From assembly GCA_038874435.1 (NCBI GenBank), contig JAVZCK010000008.1, positions 9,705 through 73,704 on the forward strand: DNA of 64,000 bases, in the 5' to 3' direction. Every line of letters begins with the position of its first letter. The first letter of the stretch is position 1. The notes under the pieces were generated by a model that saw only the letters and a program-made list of their open reading frames with translations, made no database searches and was not told the DNA's origin. The stretch is from Thermoplasmata archaeon (GTDB lineage Archaea > Thermoplasmatota > Thermoplasmata > Lutacidiplasmatales > SKW197). This document shows, piece after piece, positions 1 through 10,185 of this stretch. Position numbers and translations under genes: made by a program.

Positions 1-94
1 CTCCTAGCCCAGCATCAATTAAGACATTCCTATTTCCTTTCACCAAGTAGATGTTTGAACTATAGCCCTCTCCAAGGATTGGATAAACCTGCAT
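1..94 (-). CDS. MBL-fold metallo-hydrolase, N-terminal part (runs off the window)
   Basis: Manual translation from ATG at 94: MQVYPILGEGYSSNIYLVKGNRNVLIDAGLG (N-x-Y-L...LID-x-G strands typical of MBL proteins). ATGA overlap with the nitroreductase stop. Confidence 0.7.
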   Translation of the reverse strand, partial: MQVYPILGEGYSSNIYLVKGNRNVLIDAGLG

Positions 95-633
95 CACCAT
101 CGCTCCTGATGGAGGTATTCTTCAATAGGTGCACGCTTTCGCATTTCTGGCTGTTCGGCAGGATAGCCAACAGGAATAATTATTACAGGTCTTGCATACT
201 CTGGTATTTGCAGGATTTTTCTCACCGCTTCCTCGTCAAAAGCCCCTACCCAGCAAGTTCCAAGCCCATGCTCAAGGGCTGCAAGCATAATCAGCATTGC
301 AGATGCGGCTGTGTCCTGATATGTGTAGAGCGTTGTCCCTCTGCTTCCATACCTTTTTATTTTCTTTTCATTCGTGCAAATGACAATATCCACTGGTGCT
401 TCAGCTACAAAATCCTGATTAAGTGCTGCCTTTGCCAGTGCCTCTCTTGTTTTTTTATCTCTCACCACTATGAAGTCCCTTGCCTGCAGGTTGCCAGCAG
501 AAGGTGCCATATTTCCAACTTCAAGAAGTTTCTTCACAACCTCATCAGCCACATCCTTCTCCTGATATTTTCTCACAGACCTTCGGTTTGCAATCGCATC
601 CATCAATTCCATGGGTTCCTGCATTCTATCCAT
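94..633 (-). CDS. Nitroreductase family protein (alternative start 612)
   Basis: RRSVRKY, APSAGNLQ and GLGTCWVGAF motifs. Confidence 0.92.
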   Translation of the reverse strand: MDRMQEPMELMDAIANRRSVRKYQEKDVADEVVKKLLEVGNMAPSAGNLQARDFIVVRDKKTREALAKAALNQDFVAEAPVDIVICTNEKKIKRYGSRGTTLYTYQDTAASAMLIMLAALEHGLGTCWVGAFDEEAVRKILQIPEYARPVIIIPVGYPAEQPEMRKRAPIEEYLHQERW

Positions 634-651
634 AAAAATAAACCTTTCTCA

Positions 652-820
652 GAACCCTTTTCAGGGTGCTTCGCACCCCGAAAAGGTTTCATCCAAAATG
701 GGGGTAGGTTCGGAGATGCTGAAAGCATCCCCTTAATGCGGGTTAGCGTAAGGGTGCCAACCCTCGGGGGTTACCGTAAGGGGCGTAGCCCCTCGTGGTA
801 CCGTAGGGTGCAACCCCGTA
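652..820. repeat. GC-rich intergenic hairpin cluster: MITE/REP-like palindrome (652-698), GNRA-capped hairpin (715-729) and three ~28-bp hairpin repeats (741-820)
   Basis: GAACCCTTTTC-AGGGTGCTTCGCACCCC-GAAAAGGTTTC; GATGCTGAAAGCATC; units GGTTAGCGTAAGGGTGCCAACCCTCG, GGTTACCGTAAGGGGCGTAGCCCCTCG, GGTACCGTAGGGTGCAACCCCG. Confidence 0.7.
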
Positions 821-821
821 A

Positions 822-1466
822 TCATACAATCATAATCTTTTCTCCTGTCTCCATGTACACAATTGATTTGCAGAGGTATGTGGTGTGGTCTCCAATTCTC
901 TCAAGATAGCGGACGATCAGTACACTTGAGATTATACATTGTGTGGTTGCTGGCGTGTGAGCAGATAATCTGTCAAAGAAGTCAAAGTACATTTTATCCA
1001 ATTCGTGTTCCCGAGTAGAAATGTTTTCTGCAAGGGTCGGTGAATAGTTCTTAAGTGCATCTATGCTCATTTTTACCATCGCTAGAGTTTTTTCTCCCAT
1101 TTCTGTAATGTAATCAACAATCCATGGCTCGCAATGGCATAAGCCACCAGTACGCCTGTTCGTGAAGGAAATGTCTAATGCATATCTTCCAAATCTGGCA
1201 AAATCATATGCAATTTTCATCGAGGACTTGATTTTTCTCAGGTCTGATGCCACAGGTTGATACCTAGCAATTATCTCTACCACTTTCTCCTCTACAGCAT
1301 CTTCCATGCTCATCAGCTTGTTTGAAATTTCTCTTACCTCACTATAGTTTTCTGTACAGGTTATGCATTCAGAAATTGCGAGCGATACCACTTTGTAGGC
1401 CAGTTCGCCCATCTCATACATCATGTTGGATAGTTCGTCCAAGCTTGCTTCAATCATTCTTGTCAT
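822..1466 (-). CDS. phoU: Phosphate signalling protein PhoU
   Basis: IARYQPVASDLR and YLERIGDH motifs; last gene of the pst operon; GGTGA RBS. Confidence 0.93.
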   Translation of the reverse strand: MTRMIEASLDELSNMMYEMGELAYKVVSLAISECITCTENYSEVREISNKLMSMEDAVEEKVVEIIARYQPVASDLRKIKSSMKIAYDFARFGRYALDISFTNRRTGGLCHCEPWIVDYITEMGEKTLAMVKMSIDALKNYSPTLAENISTREHELDKMYFDFFDRLSAHTPATTQCIISSVLIVRYLERIGDHTTYLCKSIVYMETGEKIMIV

Positions 1467-1475
1467 TTCATCACC

Positions 1476-2228
1476 TCATCCAAATTCTCCTGTGATGTAC
1501 CTTTCTGTCAGCTCGTGCTGGGGATTTTCGAAGACCTCTGTGGTTTTCCCATACTCCACAAGCTTACCCATGTAGAGAAAAGCCACATTATCCGAAACCC
1601 TTGCCGCCTGCTGTACATTGTGAGTGACAATGATCACCGTGTATTTTTTTGCGAGCTCCTGCATTAACTCCTCGATCTTTGCAGTTGCAATAGGGTCCAG
1701 CGCACTGCAGGGTTCATCCATCAGGATTACATCTGGCTTTACAGCAAGTGCCCTTGCAATGCAGAGTCGCTGCTGCTGTCCACCGGACAAACTGAATGCA
1801 CTCTCGTGCAACCTATCCTTCACCTCATCATACAGGGCGGCTCCTTTTAAGCTCTCTTCCACAATTTTTGTCATGGTCTTTCCATCAGCCATCTTGTGAA
1901 TCCGTAATCCAAAAGCCACATTCTCAAATATAGATTTCGGCAGTGGGTTCGGTCTCTGGAAAACCATGCCAATGCGTCTTCTCAACTCATATACATCTGT
2001 TTTTTCGTCATAGATATTTTTGCCATCAAGGTAAACTGCACCTTTTGTCTTGCAGCCCTCTATGATTTCGTTCATTCTGTTGAGACAGCGAAGTAATGTG
2101 CTTTTTCCGCATCCGGAAGGGCCCATTATCGCAGTTACTGCATTTTCCTGAATTTCCAAACTTATGTCCTTGAGGACATGATTGTTCTTGAACCAGAGAT
2201 TCAGCCCTTCTATTTTCACCTGAGCCAT
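1476..2228 (-). CDS. pstB: Phosphate ABC transporter ATP-binding protein
   Basis: [34 protein letters not shown]-terminal YITGEFG. Confidence 0.97.
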   Translation of the reverse strand: MAQVKIEGLNLWFKNNHVLKDISLEIQENAVTAIMGPSGCGKSTLLRCLNRMNEIIEGCKTKGAVYLDGKNIYDEKTDVYELRRRIGMVFQRPNPLPKSIFENVAFGLRIHKMADGKTMTKIVEESLKGAALYDEVKDRLHESAFSLSGGQQQRLCIARALAVKPDVILMDEPCSALDPIATAKIEELMQELAKKYTVIIVTHNVQQAARVSDNVAFLYMGKLVEYGKTTEVFENPQHELTERYITGEFG

Positions 2229-3058
2229 GGTTGTTTCCTCCTGTAGTGAATTCTGAGAATGATTGCAGCTACTGCAAATACAATCACAATAATGAAAAGG
2301 ACTAAAGCTACACCAAAAACCTTGTCGGGTGTTTCACCGAGCGCCACAATTTTGACATAGAGATTAAATGCTAGAGCCATAATAGGGTCGAGGGGTGTTT
2401 TTGGAAGTCCGCGTGTCACCATCACGCATGAAGTGAAAAGAATTGCAGCGGTTTCACCAGCCACTCTTGCAATACCTAGCAGGATACTTGTAATTATCCC
2501 TGGTGCAGCTGCAGGGAGGGTTATAGTATGGGATACCTGCCACTCAGAAGACCCAAGTGCAAGGGCCCCCTCCTTGAAACTGCTGGGAACCATTTTTATC
2601 GCTTCTTCAGACCCTCTTATCACTATGGGCAGCATCATCAGGGAAAGGGTGAGCCACCCGGCAGCAAGGGAGATTCCAAAACCAAGCTGTCTGCAGAAAA
2701 AGGCATACCCAAAAAGTCCAATGACAATCGAGGGAAGCCCAGCCAGGTTGTTGATGGCCTGGTCTATCAATCTAGTTATTCTATTCTTTGGAGCATACTC
2801 AACGAGATAAAGGGCAGCCAACACACCTATTGGGCCTGCAACGGCAGCAGAACCTAGAAGAAGATAGATTGTCCCTATGACCATTTCAAACATTCCGCCG
2901 TTCAGCACAGGGGTTGTGAGGGACGAGGATGAAAGTGTGCCTGCACCAGAAAGCAAAATTGCAGTTATCCAGAGAAAGGCAAGCAGGCAGATTGCAGTGC
3001 AAAGTCCGAAGATTGAAAATATTGTCAACTCCTTTGTCCGTTTCCCTCTGTGTCTCAT
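2216..3058 (-). CDS. pstA: Phosphate ABC transporter permease PstA
   Basis: Multi-[15 protein letters not shown] and ARVAGETA motifs; operon position. Confidence 0.95.
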   Translation of the reverse strand: MRHRGKRTKELTIFSIFGLCTAICLLAFLWITAILLSGAGTLSSSSLTTPVLNGGMFEMVIGTIYLLLGSAAVAGPIGVLAALYLVEYAPKNRITRLIDQAINNLAGLPSIVIGLFGYAFFCRQLGFGISLAAGWLTLSLMMLPIVIRGSEEAIKMVPSSFKEGALALGSSEWQVSHTITLPAAAPGIITSILLGIARVAGETAAILFTSCVMVTRGLPKTPLDPIMALAFNLYVKIVALGETPDKVFGVALVLFIIVIVFAVAAIILRIHYRRKQPWLR

Positions 3059-3966
3059 TTTTTCGCTCCCTTTTTGCTTCCTTTATTTATGATAATATCC
3101 GCTAGTGTATTCACAATGAATGTGATGATGAAGAGGATTAAACCCAACCCGAACAATGCACTGTATTCCAAACTTCCAACAGAAGCCTCACCCATCTGCA
3201 TTGCAATGGCACCAGTTAGAGTGTAAACTGGAGATAGAAAGTTCCATGGAGGCGAAGGAATAACCGCGGTGTTCCCAGCCACCATCAAAACAGCCACGGT
3301 CTCACCGATGGCTCTTCCAAACCCCAAAAGAATTCCAGCAATTACGCCTGACTTTGCGGTGGGCAACACCACATGTCTAATTGTTTGCCATTTAGTGGCT
3401 CCCAAAGCCAGTGCGGCTTCTTTGTAGTCCTTTGGGACTGCAGAAATTATCTCACTGGAAACTCCAACGATTGTGGGTATGGTCATTATTGCAAGAATGA
3501 TTGCTGCAGTCAGCGCTACAGTGCCGCTCGGAATGGAAAATAATGACGCAATGAACGGTGCAACAACCAGAATTCCTATAAATCCGTAGATGATTGAGGG
3601 AATGGAGGCGAGAAGTTCTATCATTGATTTTAGAATGTCTTTGATTGAAAATGGCACAATCTCTGATATGAAAACAGATGTGCCAAGGGCAAGGGGAACT
3701 GCAATAGCCAGTGCACCGACAACAATCATCAAGGAACCGTAGATTAACGGCAATGCTCCATACAAATCAGAATTTGTCTCCCAGACGGGACCAACAACAA
3801 AACCCACACCGAACATCAAGAGTGCCTGGGCACCTTCTTTCAGGATAAACACAAGCATCAAAAATAAGAAAATTATTGAAATAAAACTGGAGAAAAAAAG
3901 AAGCCCTCTCACTGGCTCCCTTCGGATGGATTTAAAAAATTTCATCAGTTTAAATTTTAGTGCCAT
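3055..3966 (-). CDS. pstC: Phosphate ABC transporter permease PstC
   Basis: ELLASIPSIIYG and GRAIGETVAV motifs; operon position. Confidence 0.95.
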   Translation of the reverse strand: MALKFKLMKFFKSIRREPVRGLLFFSSFISIIFLFLMLVFILKEGAQALLMFGVGFVVGPVWETNSDLYGALPLIYGSLMIVVGALAIAVPLALGTSVFISEIVPFSIKDILKSMIELLASIPSIIYGFIGILVVAPFIASLFSIPSGTVALTAAIILAIMTIPTIVGVSSEIISAVPKDYKEAALALGATKWQTIRHVVLPTAKSGVIAGILLGFGRAIGETVAVLMVAGNTAVIPSPPWNFLSPVYTLTGAIAMQMGEASVGSLEYSALFGLGLILFIITFIVNTLADIIINKGSKKGAKK

Positions 3967-3981
3967 GGTATCACGACACGC

Positions 3982-4950
3982 TTAGTTTCCGTGGAGGTAG
4001 GGCAGCTTCAGATACCCATTTTTTTCCACGATTTGCTGTCCATCCTTTGAAAGGACAAAGTCAATGAAACGGTCTGCTAACGACCCGCTCTTTGGCTGCC
4101 CGTTTGTCACCAAGTAGAGGTACCTGGAAATTGGGAAGTCGCCCTTTGCAATTGATTCTTTTGTCGGAGTAACGTATGGCATTCCATCCGCCTTTGCTAA
4201 GGAAACTGCATGCATGTTGCTGGAGAGGAAACCGAAGCCAACATACCCGATTGAATACGGTGTTGTCTCCACCTTGGTTCTGACTGCAGGATTACTGGGC
4301 TGTACACTGGCACTGGATACTACAGTATAGTTCCAGGGATGCATTGTAAACTCTTCAAATGTGGCTCTTGTACCAGAACCGGGCTCTCTGACCACAACAA
4401 TAATCTCCTTATGGGGAAGATAGGGCTTCACCTCATCCCAGTATTTATAGACCCCTCCAAAGATTTTACCGACTTCTTGCAATGTCAGGTTAAGGGGTGC
4501 ACTTGAATTTCCAACTGCTGGATGTACTACCACACAAACTGCATCTAAGGCAATCTGGTGTAGCCAGAGATCCACACTCTTGTTTTTCGCCTTCTGGATT
4601 TCGTTACTCTTCGGGTCTCTGGAAGCCATGCCAATGTCAACAACTCCATCAATAATGTTGCTGTAGCCAACTCCAGTGCCACCACCCTGAACTGTTATTG
4701 TTACACCCGAGTATTTGTTCATCATGACCACTGCACTCTCGTTTGCAATCGGGAGAACCGTGGTAGAGCCAGAAATTTTTATGCTCTCAGTTCTCCATGC
4801 ACTGTCCTCATTATTCCCTCCGCTTTGCTGTGGTGTCACACTGGCCATTCCGACAAAGTAGCCACCGAAAAACCCTATTGCCAACAACACAACAATCGTT
4901 GCTACCAGAGCGCCTGTTCCAATTCCTGCGTTTTCCTTCCGCTTTATCAT
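3982..4950 (-). CDS. pstS: Phosphate ABC transporter substrate-binding protein
   Basis: N-terminal anchor; SGSTTV, GGGTGVG, IGMASR and REPGSGTR motifs. Confidence 0.95.
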   Translation of the reverse strand: MIKRKENAGIGTGALVATIVVLLAIGFFGGYFVGMASVTPQQSGGNNEDSAWRTESIKISGSTTVLPIANESAVVMMNKYSGVTITVQGGGTGVGYSNIIDGVVDIGMASRDPKSNEIQKAKNKSVDLWLHQIALDAVCVVVHPAVGNSSAPLNLTLQEVGKIFGGVYKYWDEVKPYLPHKEIIVVVREPGSGTRATFEEFTMHPWNYTVVSSASVQPSNPAVRTKVETTPYSIGYVGFGFLSSNMHAVSLAKADGMPYVTPTKESIAKGDFPISRYLYLVTNGQPKSGSLADRFIDFVLSKDGQQIVEKNGYLKLPYLHGN

Positions 4951-5010
4951 GGTTTCACCTGTTTATGTATATGGTGGAAAAACCTATATACTTTGTCCGA
5001 ATAGGGTATA

Positions 5011-6135
5011 GTGATAAATATGAACTATATAGATAATACGGAAAATATAGAGAAATCTAAGACAGGGGAGCAAACTCACGAAGAAGTGAGAAAAATTCAG
5101 TTTACTGGTAAGTCCACCTATGTGGTTTCCTTACCGAAAAAGTGGGTCAGTTTCTGGGGACTGAAAGCTGGGAGCCAGGTAACGATTTATCAGAAAGGAG
5201 ACTCTCTGGTTCTGACACCTCGTGGCTCTGGACGCCCTCAAGAACGCTCAAATATCGCATTGATTAAAGTTTCCAGTGACGACGAAGCCGATGCTATTGG
5301 AAGAAAGATAATTGCCCTCTATCTGCTAGGATACAAATATATCTATATAAAAACGGATGAGAAAAGTATAGATACGCTCCAAAGAACGAGAATAAAAGAC
5401 CTGATAAGAAAAAAACTGGTTGGTACAGAGATAATATCAGAAACAGAAGAAGAAATCAAAATACAGGTGTTGGTGAGATACCCAGACCTCTCAATCGAAA
5501 ATGCATTGAAAAGAATGTGCCTCATCGCTAGTTTCATGCACGAAAAATCTATTCAAGCATTGAAGAACCAAGATAAGAAACTTGCAAGCGAGATAATAAA
5601 TCTAGATGATGAAGTGGACAGATTTGGATTATATGTTGTTCGCCAGTTGAAAGCGGCTGTGGTAGATGAGCAGGTACTCCAGGAGATAGGGCTATCGAGC
5701 CGTCAGGATTGCCTTGGCTACAGAGTGATTGTGAAATTTGTAGAAAGAATTGCAGACCATGCGACTACAATTGCTAAATCTATAATAGAAACTGATATTA
5801 AGATTACCGATAAGGAATATACACACATTCTCGAGATGAGCAATCTTGCAAGAAAATCATTTGAGGATGCAATTAAAGCCCTTTTCACTAAGGATTGCAC
5901 ACTGGCGGAAGAGGTGATTTCAAATGAAAGAAACACTGTGATTATGGAAGGGCAAGCGATAAAAGAGCTCCAGTCAAGAAGAAAAATCTCAGAGATAGCC
6001 AACATGAGAATGATTTTAGAGAGCATAAGAAGGTGTGCGGAGTATGCTTGTGATATTGCAGAGGTTGTGATAAATCTAAATATCGAAAATGAACTAGCAG
6101 AGAAAAAGAATTTTCAACGAACCATTAATAGTTAG
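5011..6135 (+). CDS. Archaeal phosphate uptake regulator (AbrB-like N-terminus + PhoU domains); start may be ATG 5020
   Basis: RKIQFTGKSTYVVSLPKKW (AbrB-like), DDEVDRF and ERIADHA; divergent from pstS. Confidence 0.9.
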   Translation: MINMNYIDNTENIEKSKTGEQTHEEVRKIQFTGKSTYVVSLPKKWVSFWGLKAGSQVTIYQKGDSLVLTPRGSGRPQERSNIALIKVSSDDEADAIGRKIIALYLLGYKYIYIKTDEKSIDTLQRTRIKDLIRKKLVGTEIISETEEEIKIQVLVRYPDLSIENALKRMCLIASFMHEKSIQALKNQDKKLASEIINLDDEVDRFGLYVVRQLKAAVVDEQVLQEIGLSSRQDCLGYRVIVKFVERIADHATTIAKSIIETDIKITDKEYTHILEMSNLARKSFEDAIKALFTKDCTLAEEVISNERNTVIMEGQAIKELQSRRKISEIANMRMILESIRRCAEYACDIAEVVINLNIENELAEKKNFQRTINS

Positions 6136-6230
6136 GAGAAGAACATTGACATTATTCAATTTTTCCAGTTTATTTGGGATACTGATTTCTCAGAAAAGTT
6201 TATCGGTAGAAAGTTAATCTCCTGAGAGAA

Positions 6231-8075
6231 ATGAAACATGCATCTGTTGGCTTGCTAGCTCAATTTCTCATGATCTGGTTGTTCATATCTCCAGCTTTGG
6301 CTGTCTCTTTTCCGCAAACTCAGGAGGAGGCGACATTGTTTCCGACCACTACAAGTGGCTGGTGTATGTATATGGGAGACCCAAGAAGAACTGGCTTTGT
6401 GGATACCTACATTCCAGCAGAGGTAGAAGTAAGGTGGGAGAGATGCCAACCATCAATTTCAACCACTTCCGTAGTTTCCGATGGAATCTATGCCTATCTG
6501 ACGCCTCAAACTAGCAATCTCACAGCGGTTTCTGTAGAAAGCAATACAACCTTGTGGGAGTATGCTGTGGGCACTGTGTTTGCTACGCCTCTGATTGTGG
6601 ACAATTTTCTGATTGTGGGGAATGCAGAGGGAATTCTCTACTTTTTCGAGCGATACTCTGGCTATCTTCATAGGCAGGTGTTTATTGGACATGGGTGCTA
6701 CCAGCACCTGCTCTACTGGAACAACACTATATTTGCAGCAGGTAAAAACTGGTTGACCGCGGTGGATGCCGACGGAACAATTCTTTGGTCGCAGTACTTT
6801 GAAAAAGAAATCACAGTGCCACCTCTTGCATATTTAAACTCTCTTTACATTCTAACTGAAAACAAGATTTGGTGTTTTAACCAGAATAAGACAATCTGGG
6901 AGAGAGAGTTTAATATGAATTTCACATCTGCAATGGTCGCCTCTGGCAATCTCATAGTAACAACCGAAAATGGAAAAATTCTGGCACTGAACGCTTTGGG
7001 AGGAGAAACAAAATGGGAGCAGGACATGGGTTGTGAGGCCTTTTCTCCTGCCTACTCTAATGGACTTCTTTTTACGGCGACCAGAAATGGCACTCTTTAC
7101 ACACTCTCTGCTCAGGATGGTTCTGACCTCTGGAATTTTTCCACTGCTTCTGAGTGTTTCCAGTCACCCGTGGTAAATCGCTACAACATTCTCTTCGCCT
7201 CTGGCAATACCCTTTACTGCTTGAAACAGAACACTGGTGAGGTAATCTGGTCGATTGGATTTGATGCAAATCTAATTAGTGAGCTTTCCCTCGTCTCCTC
7301 AAATATTTTCGTTGGAGATTCTCAAGGCAGAATTTACTGTATTTCTGCACCGAAGCCAGAACTCAAGGTTTCCGTCTATCCTTCTCAACCCACACTTTAC
7401 GAACGTACCCAGGTGAGAATTACATTCTCTGTAGTTGCAGGAATAATGCCTGCGATGAATGCATCTGTAAATCTTTCGGTGCCTGCTGGGGCACTCTCCA
7501 ATTACTCTGGTTTTACAGATGCTGATGGAATTTTTGCAGTGGTTTACACCGCACCTGCAGTGAAAAATAAAGAAAACATCACACTCAGTGCGATTTTTTC
7601 GTTTCCCGGGTACAGAAACACGACGAAGAACATTACGATTACGGTGCATCCCACCCCCTCTGTTGAATTAAACTTGAGTTTGGAGGAAATGCCTGTTTAC
7701 GCTGGTAGCACAGTTAAAATCAAGATTACTGTGTTGCGGGATGGAAAACTGGTTCAGGGTGCAAGTGTATATGCATGGTGTGGGAATGAGGTGATTGCAA
7801 CGGGCTACACTGATGCAAATGGGTCTTTTGAATTTACTTACAGAGTGCCTGAGGTGCGAGAAGAAACAACGATTAAGATTGAGGCGAGAGTTTATGGGAC
7901 AGTCAGTGCCCCTTTCCTTGAGAAAAACGCAACTCTGAGCATTGTGGTTTTACCATTACAACATGGAGAGGAAGGCAGAGAGACCCAGATTTATGCATCA
8001 CTTGCAGTTGCATCTGCTCTTCTTCTTTTATTTGCATTCTGGAATTTTTGGGAGTGGCGAAAAAGTAAACTCTGA
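6231..8075 (+). CDS. Secreted PQQ-like beta-propeller (BamB-like) protein with Ig-like domains and C-terminal TM anchor
   Basis: Signal peptide; WCMYMGDPRRTG; repeated G...W propeller motifs; two TDAxG Ig-like repeats; C-terminal hydrophobic helix and basic tail. Confidence 0.8.
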   Translation: MKHASVGLLAQFLMIWLFISPALAVSFPQTQEEATLFPTTTSGWCMYMGDPRRTGFVDTYIPAEVEVRWERCQPSISTTSVVSDGIYAYLTPQTSNLTAVSVESNTTLWEYAVGTVFATPLIVDNFLIVGNAEGILYFFERYSGYLHRQVFIGHGCYQHLLYWNNTIFAAGKNWLTAVDADGTILWSQYFEKEITVPPLAYLNSLYILTENKIWCFNQNKTIWEREFNMNFTSAMVASGNLIVTTENGKILALNALGGETKWEQDMGCEAFSPAYSNGLLFTATRNGTLYTLSAQDGSDLWNFSTASECFQSPVVNRYNILFASGNTLYCLKQNTGEVIWSIGFDANLISELSLVSSNIFVGDSQGRIYCISAPKPELKVSVYPSQPTLYERTQVRITFSVVAGIMPAMNASVNLSVPAGALSNYSGFTDADGIFAVVYTAPAVKNKENITLSAIFSFPGYRNTTKNITITVHPTPSVELNLSLEEMPVYAGSTVKIKITVLRDGKLVQGASVYAWCGNEVIATGYTDANGSFEFTYRVPEVREETTIKIEARVYGTVSAPFLEKNATLSIVVLPLQHGEEGRETQIYASLAVASALLLLFAFWNFWEWRKSKL

Positions 8076-8723
8076 TCATTTCAGAAATCTTCTGGGATTT
8101 TGCTCAAGTGCAATGTATGCTTCCTCTCCAGTAAGACCTGCTCCGAGTGCTACACGGTATGCTTTTACCAGGGAAAGGAGGTCATCGAAATCATGGGCAT
8201 CAGAATTAACCACGAATTCGGCTCCCGCCCGCTTTCCCACTTTAACCACATGCCCGTTTGTCAGGCAGTGTCCCTTCCGTGATGAGATTTCCAGAAGGAT
8301 TCCATGCTCTTGGGCGTGTTTTGCGGTCCTGTATGTGATTAAGCCAGGATGGGCAATTATATCCACATCCTCGCAGACAGCAGCAATTTCGTTTGTGTTT
8401 TCAGGGACTGGTTCTGCAAGGGTTTCTCCATGCACAATCACCACCTTTGCACCTGCTTTTTTAGCCATGGCAGCAAGTTCAGGGATTGACTCAGGAGGCA
8501 CATGGGTTAACTCAACACCTGGAATCGCTATTATTTTCCAGAATCTGTTAACAAGTTCACATTCCGCTTTTACCTTCTTCACAACTTCAACCACATTTGC
8601 ACCGCAATGGTCTGTGATTGCAATTGCTTCATGCCCGAGCACCTCAGCCCTTCTTGCCAGTTCTGTGGGAATAAAGGCACCGTCACTCAGCACAGTGTGG
8701 GCATGAAGTTCAATTCTTCCCAA
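8076..8723 (-). CDS. PHP-family phosphoesterase
   Basis: LHAHT..SDG, ITDH, GVELTH, AHPG and NSDAH motifs. Confidence 0.92.
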   Translation of the reverse strand: MGRIELHAHTVLSDGAFIPTELARRAEVLGHEAIAITDHCGANVVEVVKKVKAECELVNRFWKIIAIPGVELTHVPPESIPELAAMAKKAGAKVVIVHGETLAEPVPENTNEIAAVCEDVDIIAHPGLITYRTAKHAQEHGILLEISSRKGHCLTNGHVVKVGKRAGAEFVVNSDAHDFDDLLSLVKAYRVALGAGLTGEEAYIALEQNPRRFLK

Positions 8724-8732
8724 GTTTTCACC

Positions 8733-9284
8733 TCAAGGAGCAAAACCCATTTCGTATATTCTGAGTTCTTCTCTCTTTCTTTCAAGGAATCTATAGACAG
8801 TGCTGTGCTCGCTACCGTTGAGCAGCATTTCAATTGCTTCTTTTGCAATTCTGAAGTTCTCATACTGACCAATAATGCTCACAGTGTGCCCGTAGATTGA
8901 GACCTCAGTGCCAGTTAATTCCTCAATTATTCTCCTTGTTTTTCCATTTTTCCCTATCAAGCGTGCACGAATTCTAACCAGTGCTGCTTTGCTTTTCCCG
9001 GTGTACTCCTTTATGTCTATGCACTCAAAGTAAGTATCTTCTTCAAAAATTTTTCTGGCTCTTTCTGGGGAAAAGCCCCGACCCACTGCCACCACATAAT
9101 CTCTCAATTTGATGCAAAGAAGTGGGTCATTCAGGGCGGTTGCATCAATTGTGGTCTCTCCCGTCTCAGAATCTACAAAAATCTTGACACCATATTTCTT
9201 TTCAATCTCCTTCTTCGCTCTTCCCTCTTCACCAATCAATGCACCGATGCGCTCTGTTGGAATTCGCACATAAAATACACTCAT
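8733..9284 (-). CDS. KH-domain ribosome biogenesis protein (Dim2/Pno1-like)
   Basis: Two KH domains (IGALIG, RLIGKNG), GRGFSPE, GSEHSTVY; downstream of rio1. Confidence 0.92.
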   Translation of the reverse strand: MSVFYVRIPTERIGALIGEEGRAKKEIEKKYGVKIFVDSETGETTIDATALNDPLLCIKLRDYVVAVGRGFSPERARKIFEEDTYFECIDIKEYTGKSKAALVRIRARLIGKNGKTRRIIEELTGTEVSIYGHTVSIIGQYENFRIAKEAIEMLLNGSEHSTVYRFLERKREELRIYEMGFAP

Positions 9285-10060
9285 TTTTTCAGCACCTCCA
9301 GCATTTCGTTGAGCAATTGATTTTCCTCAAGTTCAACGCCAAGTTTTCCAAAGTATCTTGCAATGTTGAACACATCTCTCCTCAATAATTCAAAAAATCT
9401 AGGATGCTCCTTTGTCACTGCCTGGCCAACATCTATTATGTAAACTTTTTTTCTAAAATAGAGCATGTTGAATTCGCTCATGTCCCCATGCACAAGCCCT
9501 GACTTGAGAATGAGTTTGTACATTCTTACCACATCTTTGTAAGTTTTTTCTGGATTCTCCACTTCTACATCCTTTATCATGGGCGCAGGAGCACTGTTCG
9601 TGCCTATGTACTTCATCACTACAATGTTGTCCAGAAATTCCAGTGGTTCTGGCACTCTAACTCCAGCATCAAACATGATTCTTAAATTCCTGAATTCCTT
9701 CTGTGCCCATGTGAAGATGATTCTTTTCCTGTCCTTACCCACATACTTGAATCGTCTATCCCCTCTTATGTAGTCACAAATCCTGTTGAAATTGGCGTTG
9801 CCTACCCGATAAATTTTCACAGCTACATTTCCGTACTTTTTCCCGCTCGCCTTGAATACATTACCTTCCTTGCCTGTGGAAATTGGGTAGTCCAGAGTAT
9901 CAAAATATCCATCGTTCATCAGCTTGTAGAGGGCGAGCATCAGGTCTCTTGTGAATACTTCATTCTCAATTTTTCTCCAATCACTGGTTTTGTCCCTAAG
10001 ATTGAGTTTCGCAATTTCGTATTCCATTCGCTGGATTTTTTTCTCGTCCACGAGTGTCAT
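9281..10060 (-). CDS. rio1: RIO1 family Ser/Thr kinase (start ATG 10060 preferred over 10108)
   Basis: ISTGKEGNVF, WAQKEFRNL, LVHGDMSEFN and IIDVGQAV motifs. Confidence 0.93.
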   Translation of the reverse strand: MTLVDEKKIQRMEYEIAKLNLRDKTSDWRKIENEVFTRDLMLALYKLMNDGYFDTLDYPISTGKEGNVFKASGKKYGNVAVKIYRVGNANFNRICDYIRGDRRFKYVGKDRKRIIFTWAQKEFRNLRIMFDAGVRVPEPLEFLDNIVVMKYIGTNSAPAPMIKDVEVENPEKTYKDVVRMYKLILKSGLVHGDMSEFNMLYFRKKVYIIDVGQAVTKEHPRFFELLRRDVFNIARYFGKLGVELEENQLLNEMLEVLKK

Positions 10061-10185
10061 CACACATCTTATTAGGGAATGGGATATTAAGGTTTTGGAT
10101 TTGACCATTTTGTGTGTTCTGGTTCAGCACATTGAATCCTTTTTAATACAGTGTCCCAATCTTTATATCGGTTAATACATTCTAA

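Noticed and set aside
741..820. Possible mini-CRISPR array
   Set aside because: Units are adjacent and degenerate with no unique spacers, and there are no cas genes in the window.
55..909. 284-aa plus-strand ORF
   Set aside because: Antisense to a clear nitroreductase, with implausible Cys/His-rich composition.
4960..5055. ATATAG-like repeats as a PHO box
   Set aside because: AT-rich, overlapping TATA elements and coding sequence; not distinguishable from chance by eye.
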